41,635 nt of DNA from Candidatus Bathyarchaeia archaeon (GCA_050015395.1 JBEKBM010000028.1:1-41635), one strand, 5' to 3'; positions 10,274-20,558 are shown, counted from the stretch's first letter. Notes: a model not told the origin generated them from the letters alone. Numbers and translations: made by a program.

Positions 10274-10501
10274 TCAACTGACAGGTACCAGCTTCGTTTT
10301 TATGCAAAGCAAACCAAAAGCAACCGTCGGACACCTAAAAATAAACGGGTCAGACAACCGAGCAACAAAACTCCCAAAAACAGCAGCCTTAATGACCGCC
10401 AAAGCTTGCTCACCTCTAAGCCCTAAACAGCCATCTATGCCAAAACAACATAGCCTCTCTGCGAAAGCTCGATGGCTGTCCAACCGCACTTATTAACTTG
10501 C
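10274..10501 (-). pseudogene. Possible degraded methyltransferase fragment
   Basis: Minus strand reads CGWTAIELSQRGYVV and, after a 1-nt shift, GID, resembling the segment after motif I of class I methyltransferases. Internal stops are present. Confidence 0.25.
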
Positions 10502-10608
10502 AATGGAGTACCAGTAACACTCTGTCATCATGCTATCCTTTTTTGAGAAAGTAAGCAAAACGGAGGTGCACATTATTGGCGTATTATCCCCAAAAAGAAA
10601 CAAGTTCG

Positions 10609-11616
10609 ATGGCAAGGCCTAATGTTTCCATAATTGTCTTGTCCTATAATAGTAAAAATGATTTGAAGACTTTTCTGTCCTCTCTTGAAAAATTATCCTA
10701 CCCAAATTACGAGGTAATACTGGCTGATAACGCCTCAAAAGATGATTCGCCAAAATATGTCAAAGACTGCTTTGCTTGGGTTAAAATCATTAAAAACTCA
10801 AAGAATCTAGGCTATGCAGAAGCGAACAATCAAGCGGCGAAAGCATCGAATGGAGAGTATCTATTATTTTTGAATGCTGACACTTGGGTGAAGCCCAACT
10901 TGCTAGACGCACTTGTCTCGACAGTTACTAGTAACCAGAAAATCGGTGTATCAGCATGTATGCAATTAAGCTATGACGGAAAACGTTTTCTCAACACAGG
11001 GTTAACAACAGATTTGTTTTCACATCCAGTGCTTACTAATTCCCAACAATCTATTCTATATTCTGATGGAGCCTCCCTATTTGTGAAAAAATCCGTCTTT
11101 CAACAAATTGGTGGTTTCGACCCTCAATACTTCATGTACGGCGAAGATGTAGACCTTTGCTGGAGAGTGCTCTTAGCAGGTTACGATGTTGTTTCTGTGC
11201 CATCTGCAGTAATTGGCCATAAAAGCGGTGGTACGCTCATACAATCGGGAGAAACATACCAAATAAGCAAGTTTCGAAGATATCTTGCAGAACGTAACTC
11301 TCTTCGGACAATTCTAAAAAACTATTCCGTTCATACCCTAATCTTCTTACTGCCGATCTGTATCGTTACAATGCTCCTTCAAGGTGTGCTATTCTTTTTA
11401 ATTAGACAGAGTGCTTTTGCAATTTTAGAAATGCGTGCAATTTTTTGGAATTTACGGATGCTTAAGGATACGTTTGCCTTAAGAAATCTTGCTCAAAAAA
11501 ATAGGCGCCTATCCGATAGAGCTATAATTGGCCGAATGAGTAAAGCCATTGGTTTTGCAAGGGCGTTTGCTAACATGAAACAAGACAGTCTATCAATCAA
11601 ATGGGAACGACAATAA
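10609..11616 (+). CDS. GT2 glycosyltransferase, paralog of 9193-10185
   Basis: VSIIVLSYNS, DNASKD, NLGYA, FLNAD, GGFDPQYFMYGEDVDLCWR, and FRRYLAERN shared with the upstream paralog. ATG 10609 preferred over TTG 10576. Confidence 0.85.
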   Translation: MARPNVSIIVLSYNSKNDLKTFLSSLEKLSYPNYEVILADNASKDDSPKYVKDCFAWVKIIKNSKNLGYAEANNQAAKASNGEYLLFLNADTWVKPNLLDALVSTVTSNQKIGVSACMQLSYDGKRFLNTGLTTDLFSHPVLTNSQQSILYSDGASLFVKKSVFQQIGGFDPQYFMYGEDVDLCWRVLLAGYDVVSVPSAVIGHKSGGTLIQSGETYQISKFRRYLAERNSLRTILKNYSVHTLIFLLPICIVTMLLQGVLFFLIRQSAFAILEMRAIFWNLRMLKDTFALRNLAQKNRRLSDRAIIGRMSKAIGFARAFANMKQDSLSIKWERQ

Positions 11617-11899
11617 ACATTATACCCTAAAGGCTTTTACTTTCCATCTTTCGGTTCTCATAGAACCGTTAGCGGGTTGTTTGATCAGGACCCGTTAGGA
11701 GTTTGAGCAAAATCTGTGGTCCCACCCTTCATGTAATCTTTTGGTATTTGATGTTCTTTTTACTCCCCTGTCTGTCGTTAGTTTTCATCATACTAATATA
11801 CGACATGTGATAGTATACTTCCCAATATTAGCTACCAGAGAACCCGTTAATTGACGTAAAAAACTATCTAGATTACTAAAACCGATTGAGAGCGTCATA

Positions 11900-12574
11900 A
11901 TGTTTGAGCCAATATCTAATGCAGGTGATCGGTATTCCTTCAAGTCGTCACCCCACATGTCCATTCAAATAATTGCTAGCTTAATACCTGAATGCAGCAA
12001 AGTTCTAGATGTTGCATGTTGCACTGGGTATTTGGCTGAAATAGTAAAAACGAAAAAATGTCAAGTGGTAGGTATAGAACTAGACGTAAGTGCAGGTAAC
12101 AAAGCTAAGGAATCATGTGAAGAAGTTATTATCGCTGACTTTGAGAGTCTCAAAGAGTTGTCCTACCCAAAAGGGTACTTTGATGTTATTGTTTGCGCCG
12201 ATATTATTGAGCACTTGAGGAGACCTGATTTAGCTTTGAGAAAGCTAAAACCTTACCTAAAGCAACATGGTCTGTTTATCATGTCGTTACCAAACATAGC
12301 CCGTTTTGAAATGCGTTTGAATTTGTTATTAGGGAAATTTAATTATGCTGAGATAGGATTGATGGATAAGACGCATCTTCGTTTTTTCACCTTTGAGACC
12401 GCTAAGCGGTTAATAACCAGTGAAGGATATGTAGTTAAAAAAGTCGAGTATACTGGTCTAGCCCATAGATTGCGTTTACTACGGCTTATGCCGCGCTTAT
12501 TTGCTTATCAGTTTATTTTTGTATCAACTCCAGACGGCATAGTAGGTGACGAAGATTCTAATCAAGCATTTTAG
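11900..12574 (+). CDS. Class I SAM-dependent methyltransferase (glycan-locus type)
   Basis: VLDVACCTG, GIELD, FDVIVCADIIEHL, SLPNIA, GLMDKTHLRFFT. Confidence 0.85.
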   Translation: MFEPISNAGDRYSFKSSPHMSIQIIASLIPECSKVLDVACCTGYLAEIVKTKKCQVVGIELDVSAGNKAKESCEEVIIADFESLKELSYPKGYFDVIVCADIIEHLRRPDLALRKLKPYLKQHGLFIMSLPNIARFEMRLNLLLGKFNYAEIGLMDKTHLRFFTFETAKRLITSEGYVVKKVEYTGLAHRLRLLRLMPRLFAYQFIFVSTPDGIVGDEDSNQAF

Positions 12575-12626
12575 ACAAGATAAGAATGGCCTTATATGCG
12601 AGCATGAAGAGATAGAGGATTGATAA

Positions 12627-14969
12627 TTGATTTCCGAAAGAAGTTATTTTTCTGAAACACGACAGAACCTGAGAGATAAAGTCGCTACTAAAATAACAAG
12701 AATCTTCTCATGGTCAACGATAGATTATATATTATTGTGCATAATTGGCTTGTGCGTATTTTTATGGTTCAAAGACAACCTTCTATATTTCGGGGGGGAT
12801 ATTAGTTACCCACTGAATCCATTGCAAAACATCAACAGGGTGATATACCTCTGGAGTAACATTCAAGCTGGCAGATCGGCCCAAAATTTTTTGTCTTGTT
12901 TCGTTTACGGTTTTTTCTTTATGTTTGAGAAAGCTGGCCTTTCTTTAGTAATTACACAGAGACTTTATCTCTATCTTCTTTTTGTTCTTGCAGGCCTTTC
13001 GATGTATTATCTAGCTTCAACAATTTCTCCAAACGATTGCAACAGGCGTATAGTTGCTTGGATTGCTGCCTTATTTTATATGTTTAACCCAGTAACGTTA
13101 ATTTTGTATCAATCTATTCCTCCATCGTATTTTGGGACGCCCCTTATTTTAGCTTTATTTGTGAAAGCTATGGATGCAAATTTTAAGAACAAAGTCAAGT
13201 TTGGGCTTCTTGCATCTATATTCTTGTTCTCATACGCACTAGAGTTCCCAGATTATGAAATTCCTCTGGTTTTATTGATGTTTTTAGTAATATTCAGCAT
13301 AATACATCTTGCATTCAACCGTAAAGATATCAGAAATGTCTTAACTACGTGGGGAGTTTTCTTGGGTTTAGGTATTATTCTTAATCTTTGGATGATAATA
13401 GGTATATTCAATTTCTTCCTAGGGCAAATAACAAGCTATCTTAATACATCCGCTTACTTGTTTGGATCTACGGCTTTTGGAGATTTAGGAGGAACTATTA
13501 TGGTGAAAGTTTTTACATTAACACCTTATGTTCCCTCATTTTACTATCAGGCTGGAAATCTTCTAATCCTTATTAACTTTATTTTTCCAATATTAGCTTT
13601 TATTACTTTATTAATTGTGCCAAAGAAGTCTAGAAACATCATATTTATAACGCTCTTAACATTGATAGCTATTATTCTTGTTACAGGACCTAACCCCCCA
13701 TTAGGATGGCTCTACCAATGGTTTTTGCCGCATTTCTCTTTTCTCATAGGTTTCAGAACTGTTGGGTCGCTTATCATGTTTGTCGCTCTTGGTTACTCGA
13801 TTCTGATAGGTATCAGCGTGGCATTCATTTTCAAAAAATTGCGAAATGCAAAATTCTTTAAAGTTAAACATTCACATTTAAGACGTTTAGGATCAATAGC
13901 ATTTGTTATAATCATTATTGCATTAATTTGTACAAATGGCTGGCCAGAAATAACAGGATCTATTTTCAATACCTCTGGCGTGAGACAAGAAGATATCGGA
14001 AAAGTAATTCCTGATGCGTATTATCAGGCTGATCAGTGGTTAATGCAATTTGGAAATCTTTCAGGTGGGCGAGTATTGGTTTTGCCTCCTACAGAGGGGT
14101 ATCAATCCGCAACCTGGGGCTCCTACAGTTACTACGGGCCATCGGTAGAATATTTTATCCTTTCCGAGCCCGCAATCTACCCTGGTTACATTGGATTTGG
14201 CAGTGATAATTTCGCATTAATGCCCTCTCTCGTTAACTCTGTTGAAAGCGAAAATTACTCGATGATTTATAGATTAGCTGAACTATTAAATGTCAAATAC
14301 ATTCTTGTTGATGGATATACTGATAATTCCAGCGTATATTTAGACATGCTACGGTCTAGTGTGCTGTCGAATGCAACAACGATAAATGTTTCTTTTGTAA
14401 AGAATTTTGGAAACCTTTTCTTATATGAATTAACCACTACCCTGAATTCTATATACATACCTTCGCATATTGAGTTGATCAATGGAGGAGTGGATAATTT
14501 AGTTTCGAGCTTGTCTACTAATAACTACACGACAACTGATTTTGCATTATTTTCATCGGACCAGCTTTCACCTTCGGAAAACCTTCAAATCAAAGAATGC
14601 AGCTCAATTCAGAATTCTAATAACATTATAAATGCTAAGGAGCTTAATCCCACCGAGTATACCGTTCAAGTTAATGCTTCCAGTCCATTCTTTCTAGTTC
14701 TTGGTCAGAATTACGATTCGGGATGGCAGGCTTCTGTTAATGGAAAAAATATGGGGCAACACTTAGTAGTTAATGGGTATGCTAACGCTTGGTACATAAA
14801 CAAGACTGGCACATATACAATCACGCTCGAGTACCAGCCTCAAAACTTATTCTATGCAGGAATAGCGATATCCATTATCGCATTAATCGTATGTGTTATG
14901 TACCTAAGCAAAAACAAAATAAAAAACATCTACAAAAAATACGCAAAAAAGAGCAAAACAGGCACTTGA
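12627..14969 (+). CDS. Large polytopic membrane protein, GT-C-like (YfhO/AftD-like) glycosyltransferase
   Basis: About a dozen predicted TM helices, GGD in the first external loop, ALFYMFNP, an extracellular domain (GRVLVLP, NVKYILV, NYDSGW, NGYANAW) and a final TM plus basic tail. Confidence 0.7.
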   Translation: MISERSYFSETRQNLRDKVATKITRIFSWSTIDYILLCIIGLCVFLWFKDNLLYFGGDISYPLNPLQNINRVIYLWSNIQAGRSAQNFLSCFVYGFFFMFEKAGLSLVITQRLYLYLLFVLAGLSMYYLASTISPNDCNRRIVAWIAALFYMFNPVTLILYQSIPPSYFGTPLILALFVKAMDANFKNKVKFGLLASIFLFSYALEFPDYEIPLVLLMFLVIFSIIHLAFNRKDIRNVLTTWGVFLGLGIILNLWMIIGIFNFFLGQITSYLNTSAYLFGSTAFGDLGGTIMVKVFTLTPYVPSFYYQAGNLLILINFIFPILAFITLLIVPKKSRNIIFITLLTLIAIILVTGPNPPLGWLYQWFLPHFSFLIGFRTVGSLIMFVALGYSILIGISVAFIFKKLRNAKFFKVKHSHLRRLGSIAFVIIIIALICTNGWPEITGSIFNTSGVRQEDIGKVIPDAYYQADQWLMQFGNLSGGRVLVLPPTEGYQSATWGSYSYYGPSVEYFILSEPAIYPGYIGFGSDNFALMPSLVNSVESENYSMIYRLAELLNVKYILVDGYTDNSSVYLDMLRSSVLSNATTINVSFVKNFGNLFLYELTTTLNSIYIPSHIELINGGVDNLVSSLSTNNYTTTDFALFSSDQLSPSENLQIKECSSIQNSNNIINAKELNPTEYTVQVNASSPFFLVLGQNYDSGWQASVNGKNMGQHLVVNGYANAWYINKTGTYTITLEYQPQNLFYAGIAISIIALIVCVMYLSKNKIKNIYKKYAKKSKTGT

Positions 14970-15134
14970 CCGTTTTTTCCTTTTCTCATTTGCCCTGAAT
15001 CCTCAGCGAGCGGAGTGCTAGTTGCTTTCTGCTTCTTGTGGTTTGTACGCTTGAAAACTGTAACGGGAAATGGGGACTTTGCATAGTTAGGGTCAGACAG
15101 GTTTATGCGTTTTTTTCCGTTTTTCCTGCTCTAC

Positions 15135-16154
15135 CTATGAGCTGCGTTTTTTTGACACAAACCACTTTATTGTTCTCTCGAGTCCTTCTTCAAAGCCCAC
15201 GTTTGGTTTCCACCCTACAACCTTTTCTAGTTTGCTTGTGTCTGGGCAGCGTCTTTTCGGGTCATCTTTGGGCAGTGGATGGAATTCTATGGTTGATTTG
15301 CATTTTGTCGTTTCTTTAACTTTCTTTGCCAGCTCAAGGATGGTGACTTCTTGAGTATTGCCCACGTTTACAACTTCTCGCTTAGCTTGCGGGTTTATCA
15401 TCAGCAACATTAACCCTGTTACCGTGTCTGTTATGTAGCAGAATGACCGCGTCTGCTTTCCATCGCCATAAACCGTTATGGGCTGATTAGTCAAAGCCTG
15501 CAAGATAAAACGTGACATCGCTCTCCCATAAAGCCCATCTTCCCGCAGGCGTGGACCATAAGAATTGAATATTCTTGGAACTCTGACATCCAACCCATAT
15601 TGCCTTCCATAAGCCATAAGCAAAGCTTCGGCAAAACGTTTTCCTTCATCGTAACACGATCTAGGCCCAACAGGGTTAACTTTTCCCCAATAACTCTCAG
15701 GTGTAGGAATAACCTCCGTGTCACCATAAACCTCCGAAGTCGAAGCAAACAACAACGTAGCATCATTTTTCCTAGCTAACTCCGCCATACCAAAGCTACC
15801 TAAAGCACTAGTATGCAAGGTCTCAATTGGATGTGCTTGATACTCGTCAGGAGACGCATGTCCAGCCATATGAAGAATAAAATCAAACTTTTCCTCATTT
15901 TTGAACGCGCAAACATCAGACTTTACAAACTTGAACAATGCGTTTTTGGTTAAGTGGTCAATGTTTTTTATTCTTCCAGTGGACAAGTCATCCACAGCTG
16001 TCACATCAGCGCCAAAACCTACCAGCACATCGCAAAGCCAACTGCCAATAAACCCAGCGCCACCAGTTACGAGCGCTTTCTTTTCTGCAAAGGCGTCTCC
16101 TTCAACGGCGCTCTTTATTTTTTCAAGGTCTTCGCTGATTATTTTGTCCATCAT
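15135..16154 (-). CDS. UDP-glucuronate decarboxylase (UDP-xylose synthase) family SDR
   Basis: GGAGFIG, ASP, STSEVYGD, YWGKVNPVGPRSCYDEGKRFAE, DDPKRRCPD. Confidence 0.88.
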   Translation of the reverse strand: MMDKIISEDLEKIKSAVEGDAFAEKKALVTGGAGFIGSWLCDVLVGFGADVTAVDDLSTGRIKNIDHLTKNALFKFVKSDVCAFKNEEKFDFILHMAGHASPDEYQAHPIETLHTSALGSFGMAELARKNDATLLFASTSEVYGDTEVIPTPESYWGKVNPVGPRSCYDEGKRFAEALLMAYGRQYGLDVRVPRIFNSYGPRLREDGLYGRAMSRFILQALTNQPITVYGDGKQTRSFCYITDTVTGLMLLMINPQAKREVVNVGNTQEVTILELAKKVKETTKCKSTIEFHPLPKDDPKRRCPDTSKLEKVVGWKPNVGFEEGLERTIKWFVSKKRSS

Positions 16155-17023
16155 ATGCTTGGTCTCTTACAAAACTGTTGATATGACAATTCTAAGGCTT
16201 CCCAATACCTTTCAGGACTGCCGATATCCAAGTGTGAATAGCTCTTGTCCAGCTTTACAGCGTACACCTTCAAGCCCCAGTCAATAAGCTTCTGGATTGC
16301 ATCGGTAAGCTGGATTTCCCCATTCTTTCCAGGCTCTGTCGTCTCTAAGGCTTTAAAAATAATGGGTTGAAAAACATACATTGCCATAATTGCCCAGTTC
16401 GTCTTGGGCTTTTCAGGCTTCTCAACCACCGACTTTACTTTTATTATTCCCGGTTCTATCTCGTTCCCTTCAACGATTCCATACTGCTTGGGACTCTCAA
16501 TCTCCAGCACAAGAAATGCAGCATCCGCATTAAACCGCTCAAAAGCCTCAAGCAGCTTCTTTATGTAATCCATATCTTTCGATAATATGCAGCTATCCCC
16601 TGCATGCACCAAGCAACTTGCGTTCTGCACGAAGGGTTGAGCCATCAAAACCGCGTTACCAAACCCTTTAGGCTCAGGCTGATTAACCCACATAGTTGTC
16701 GAAGAATCAAGCTTCCCATAAAAACTCTCAAGATCAGACGCTTGCCCATTTTTTCCCAAGCCTTCAAGTGTTCTAATACAATGCGCGTCAGGAGTAAAAT
16801 GGTCCTCTATACCACGTTTACCTCTGCCCACAATATAACAAAACTCGCGAAGCCCAGCATCATAGAGTTGCTCAAAAACCATCTGCACCACAGGCTTTAC
16901 TACCATGTCACCATTAGCTGTTTTAGAGAAAATTGGAAGCATCTCTTTAGGCTGCTCCTTAGTAGCTGGAAATAAACGTGTCCCCAAACCTGCAGCAGGA
17001 ATTATAACCTTCCGGATCATCAA
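16151..17023 (-). CDS. galU: UTP--glucose-1-phosphate uridylyltransferase
   Basis: IPAAGLGTRLFPATKEQPKEMLP, QPEPKGFGNAV, VEKP, GEIQLTDAI. Confidence 0.88.
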   Translation of the reverse strand: MMIRKVIIPAAGLGTRLFPATKEQPKEMLPIFSKTANGDMVVKPVVQMVFEQLYDAGLREFCYIVGRGKRGIEDHFTPDAHCIRTLEGLGKNGQASDLESFYGKLDSSTTMWVNQPEPKGFGNAVLMAQPFVQNASCLVHAGDSCILSKDMDYIKKLLEAFERFNADAAFLVLEIESPKQYGIVEGNEIEPGIIKVKSVVEKPEKPKTNWAIMAMYVFQPIIFKALETTEPGKNGEIQLTDAIQKLIDWGLKVYAVKLDKSYSHLDIGSPERYWEALELSYQQFCKRPSI

Positions 17024-17101
17024 ACGTTCCCTTACCCTCCGTTCTTATGTCAACTAATATATATTTAATATGGTAACTTAATCCAAATTAACATTCAGGA
17101 T

Positions 17102-17410
17102 TTGAAGTTTACTTTGAAAAAACAACCAAAAATCTCGGTTATAGGTGCTGGCTACGTAGGTTTATACGCTGCGGTTGGCTTCGCAAGCCAAGGCTATAGC
17201 GTCCTCACCTCCGACGTAGACGCCGAGAAAGCAAAAAAAATCAACCAAGGTATCCCCCCATTCCATGAACCTGGCCTCCGAGAAAAGCTTAAGGACTGCA
17301 TTCAAAGAGGCACGCTGAAATGCTTAGTTAACCTAACAGAAAAAGCGTTTTCCGCCATAATTAATATATGTATATGCTCAATGAAGATTGAAAACGAATC
17401 ATTATACTAA
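17102..17410 (+). pseudogene. Truncated N-terminal copy of UDP-glucose 6-dehydrogenase
   Basis: GAGYVGL...KINQGIPPFHEP...LKCL..TEKA mirrors the first ~77 aa of the adjacent ugd. Similarity stops near 17348. Confidence 0.8.
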
Positions 17411-17427
17411 ATTGAGGAATCAAACTC

Positions 17428-18768
17428 ATGGAAAAACCCAACATATCTGTTTTAGGCATAGGCTACGTAGGCTTGTGCACCGCCGTTGGATTTGCCAGCA
17501 AAGGCTACAACGTCATCGCTTCGACTCATGACGCCGAAAAAGCAGCCAAAATCAACAAAGGAATCCCACCATTTCACGAACCCAACCTTCAAAATCTGCT
17601 TGAAAAAACCGTCCAAAACGGCTATCTAAAATGTTTAATTGGTCAAACAGAAAAAGCCGTCCTCGAAACAGACCTAACCTTTAACGCCGTGGGAACCCCC
17701 AGCAGACCAGACGGCAGCATAGATCTACAATTCATAGAAACATCATCGCGCGACATGGGAAAGGCGCTCCACAAAAAAAGTTCGTACCACGTGATAGTAA
17801 TAAAAAGCACCGTTGTCCCCGGAACAACACAGGATCTGGTCAAACCGATCCTTGAAAAAGAATCAAAAAAGATATGTGGTCCAGACTTTGGTTTATGCAT
17901 GAGCCCAGAATTCCTACGCCAAGGCTCTGCCTTCGAAGACACAATGCACACGGACCGCATAGTCATAGGCGAATACGACAAGAAATCTGGTGACACCTTA
18001 GAAGACCTTTACAAAGACTTCTACGCCAACAATACGCCTCCAACAATCAGAACCACACTCTCAACAGCCGAACTAATCAAGTACGCCAGCAACTCCTTAC
18101 TCGCCACAAAAATCAGCTTCATCAACACCATCGCCAACATATGCGAAAAAATCCCTGGCGCAGACGTAAAAACCGTAGCCACCGCCATGGGACTAGACAA
18201 AAGAATCGGCCCACTATTCCTAAACGCTGGACTAGGCTACGGCGGTTCATGTTTTCCCAAAGACGTAAAAGCCCTCATGGCACACTCAAAAAGCCTCGGT
18301 TACCCACTAAAACTACTAGACGCAGTCGAAGACGTAAACAAAACTCAACCCCTAAAAGCAATCCAATTCTGCAAAGAACAACTCGGCAACCTAGAAGGCA
18401 AACGCATAGCAATTCTAGGCTTAGCATTCAAAGCAGACACAGACGACATGAGAGAAGCACGCGTCATACCCATAATAAACCAACTAACAAAAGAAGGCGC
18501 TATAGTAACCGCCTACGACCCAGTCGCCACGCCCATCGCAAAAACCATCTTCAAAAACAAAATTCAATACGCATCCTCAGCAATCAACTGCCTCAAAAAC
18601 GCAGACTGTGCCATACTCGTCACTGAATGGGACGAATTCAAAAAACTCACCCCTGAAGACTTCACAAAAAACATGAAACAGCCCATACTTATCGACGGCA
18701 GAAGAATCTACAACCCCGAAACATACAGCGAAAAACTCAAATTCACCGCCATAGGCCTAGGCAAATAA
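17428..18768 (+). CDS. ugd: UDP-glucose 6-dehydrogenase
   Basis: GIGYVG, VGTP, KSTVVPGT, PEFLRQG, AELIKY, GYGGSCFPKD, GLAFKADTDDMRE, DGRR. Confidence 0.93.
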   Translation: MEKPNISVLGIGYVGLCTAVGFASKGYNVIASTHDAEKAAKINKGIPPFHEPNLQNLLEKTVQNGYLKCLIGQTEKAVLETDLTFNAVGTPSRPDGSIDLQFIETSSRDMGKALHKKSSYHVIVIKSTVVPGTTQDLVKPILEKESKKICGPDFGLCMSPEFLRQGSAFEDTMHTDRIVIGEYDKKSGDTLEDLYKDFYANNTPPTIRTTLSTAELIKYASNSLLATKISFINTIANICEKIPGADVKTVATAMGLDKRIGPLFLNAGLGYGGSCFPKDVKALMAHSKSLGYPLKLLDAVEDVNKTQPLKAIQFCKEQLGNLEGKRIAILGLAFKADTDDMREARVIPIINQLTKEGAIVTAYDPVATPIAKTIFKNKIQYASSAINCLKNADCAILVTEWDEFKKLTPEDFTKNMKQPILIDGRRIYNPETYSEKLKFTAIGLGK

Positions 18769-18944
18769 CCCACTGCTAAACATTACAAGCAGGCTCTAAT
18801 CGCGTGCACTAGTGCAATGAGAACTGTGTACACCAAGCAACAACAGGAACTATCGCTAATTCTACCATATTAAACCAAAAGTGATAAACAGCACTTCACC
18901 AACAACAGTTTAACTTACAAGCTAACAGCAATCGGGAAAGACAC

Positions 18945-20558
18945 ATGACCAAGGCTACAGAGATGGCAAGAGTTTCAGCCAGAGGCGGCTTTAACCTTCT
19001 ATGGGGCTTAGTTTTATCCACAGTCATCTCAGCTGTAGGCACCATAGCTATCACTTACATTCTGGGTGCAGAAAAGTACGGTTTATACTCAATTGCCCTC
19101 ATTGCACCAACCCTAATCTCCACATTCCGAGACTGGGGAGTCAACTCAGCCATGATAAAATACTCTGCGCAATACAACGCCGAAAACAACGCTAAAATAA
19201 GAAGCATCTTTATCTCAGGCTTGGTGTTCGAGATCATCTTAGGTTTATCACTTTCCCTCCTCTCATTTGGCCTTTCCCCCCTCTTAGCCCTAAGCTTGCA
19301 CCGCCCCACAATAGTCCCCTTAATCCAAATCGCTTCTCTCTTCATCCTATCTGGCGCACTAGTGAACACAGCAACTGCCGCATTCACAGGCATGGAAACA
19401 ATGCACCTCTACAGTTTCATGCTAATAATCCAATCAACAGCCAAAACTGCTCTGATAGTTGCACTAGTACTCTTAGGCTTTGGCACTCTTGGAGCAGTAA
19501 CAGGTTTCACAACAGCCTCCCTATTCGCGGGGTTAGCCGGCATACTCCTAATGTGGACCATGTACAAGTCCCTGCCTAAATCAACTAACAGCAAAATAGA
19601 AATATTTGCAACAATTAAAACCATGTTAAAATACGGTTTACCAGTTTCAATAGGCACCATCATTTCAGGATTCCTAACCGTATTCTACAGCTATATACTA
19701 GCATTCTATGTAACTAACAACGTTACCATCGGGAACTACAACTTAGCCATAAATTTCTCTGTTCTAATCACTTTCTTCGCTACTCCCGTAACAACCATGC
19801 TGTTTCCCGCATTCTCCAAACTGGACTATAAAAAAGACAATGAGACTCTAAAAAACGTCTTCCAATATTCAGTAAAGTACGCCTCGCTCATTGTCTTGCC
19901 AGTTACAGCCATAGTGATTGCCCTCGCACAACCAGGCATTGGCACTATATACCAAAGCAGATATGCTGAAGCGCCATTATTTTTGGCATTGTTTTCAATA
20001 TCTTATTTTTATACTGCTTTCGGAAATTTGAGTATAGGCAACTTGCTAAACGGACAAGGGTTCACAAAATTCAACATGAAATTGTCTCTTCTTACAGTCG
20101 CGATTGGTTTTCCCACGGGTTTCCTGTTAATTTCTCACTTCGGTGTCATAGGATTAATTGTCGCTTCATTAACAGTTGGTCTTCCAAGCTTACTCATAAG
20201 TTTACGATTTATCAAAAAGCACTTCGGAGTTTCAGTAGATTGGGTATCTTCCGCCAAAATTCTATTTTCTTCAGCAATAACCGCAATCTTAACATACATT
20301 CTCATCTCTCAACTGGCTAACAAACACCTTGTAGTAGACAGCCTGAATGTGGCTTTTTCCAATCCGATACGACTAGTAATAGGCGTAATTGCGTTTGTAG
20401 TTATTTTCATTGCTGCAACGCTGGGTACTCGAACCATTAACAGAGTTGACCTGATTAATCTTCGGGAAATTATTAATGTGCTCGGGCCTCTTCGTAAACC
20501 TTTGCGTTTTCTACTAAATATCATCGAGAAATTAATGACAATTCTTCATACAAAGTAA
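18945..20558 (+). CDS. Oligosaccharide flippase (Wzx/MOP superfamily)
   Basis: About 14 TM helices, LGAEKYGLY, LFPAFSK, and glycan-locus context. Confidence 0.85.
   Translation: MTKATEMARVSARGGFNLLWGLVLSTVISAVGTIAITYILGAEKYGLYSIALIAPTLISTFRDWGVNSAMIKYSAQYNAENNAKIRSIFISGLVFEIILGLSLSLLSFGLSPLLALSLHRPTIVPLIQIASLFILSGALVNTATAAFTGMETMHLYSFMLIIQSTAKTALIVALVLLGFGTLGAVTGFTTASLFAGLAGILLMWTMYKSLPKSTNSKIEIFATIKTMLKYGLPVSIGTIISGFLTVFYSYILAFYVTNNVTIGNYNLAINFSVLITFFATPVTTMLFPAFSKLDYKKDNETLKNVFQYSVKYASLIVLPVTAIVIALAQPGIGTIYQSRYAEAPLFLALFSISYFYTAFGNLSIGNLLNGQGFTKFNMKLSLLTVAIGFPTGFLLISHFGVIGLIVASLTVGLPSLLISLRFIKKHFGVSVDWVSSAKILFSSAITAILTYILISQLANKHLVVDSLNVAFSNPIRLVIGVIAFVVIFIAATLGTRTINRVDLINLREIINVLGPLRKPLRFLLNIIEKLMTILHTK

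Noticed and set aside
11652-11850. Hairpin CGGTTCT-cat-AGAACCG and repeated ACC(C)GTTA words, as possible IS ends
   Set aside because: The copies are in the same orientation, with no terminal inverted pair, target duplication or transposase.
18141-18626. 161-aa Arg-rich alternative-frame ORF inside ugd, and other long antisense ORFs (21528-22013, 30420-30992, 37618-38094)
   Set aside because: They lie over well-supported genes, have no motifs, and are expected where low T content or codon bias removes stop codons.
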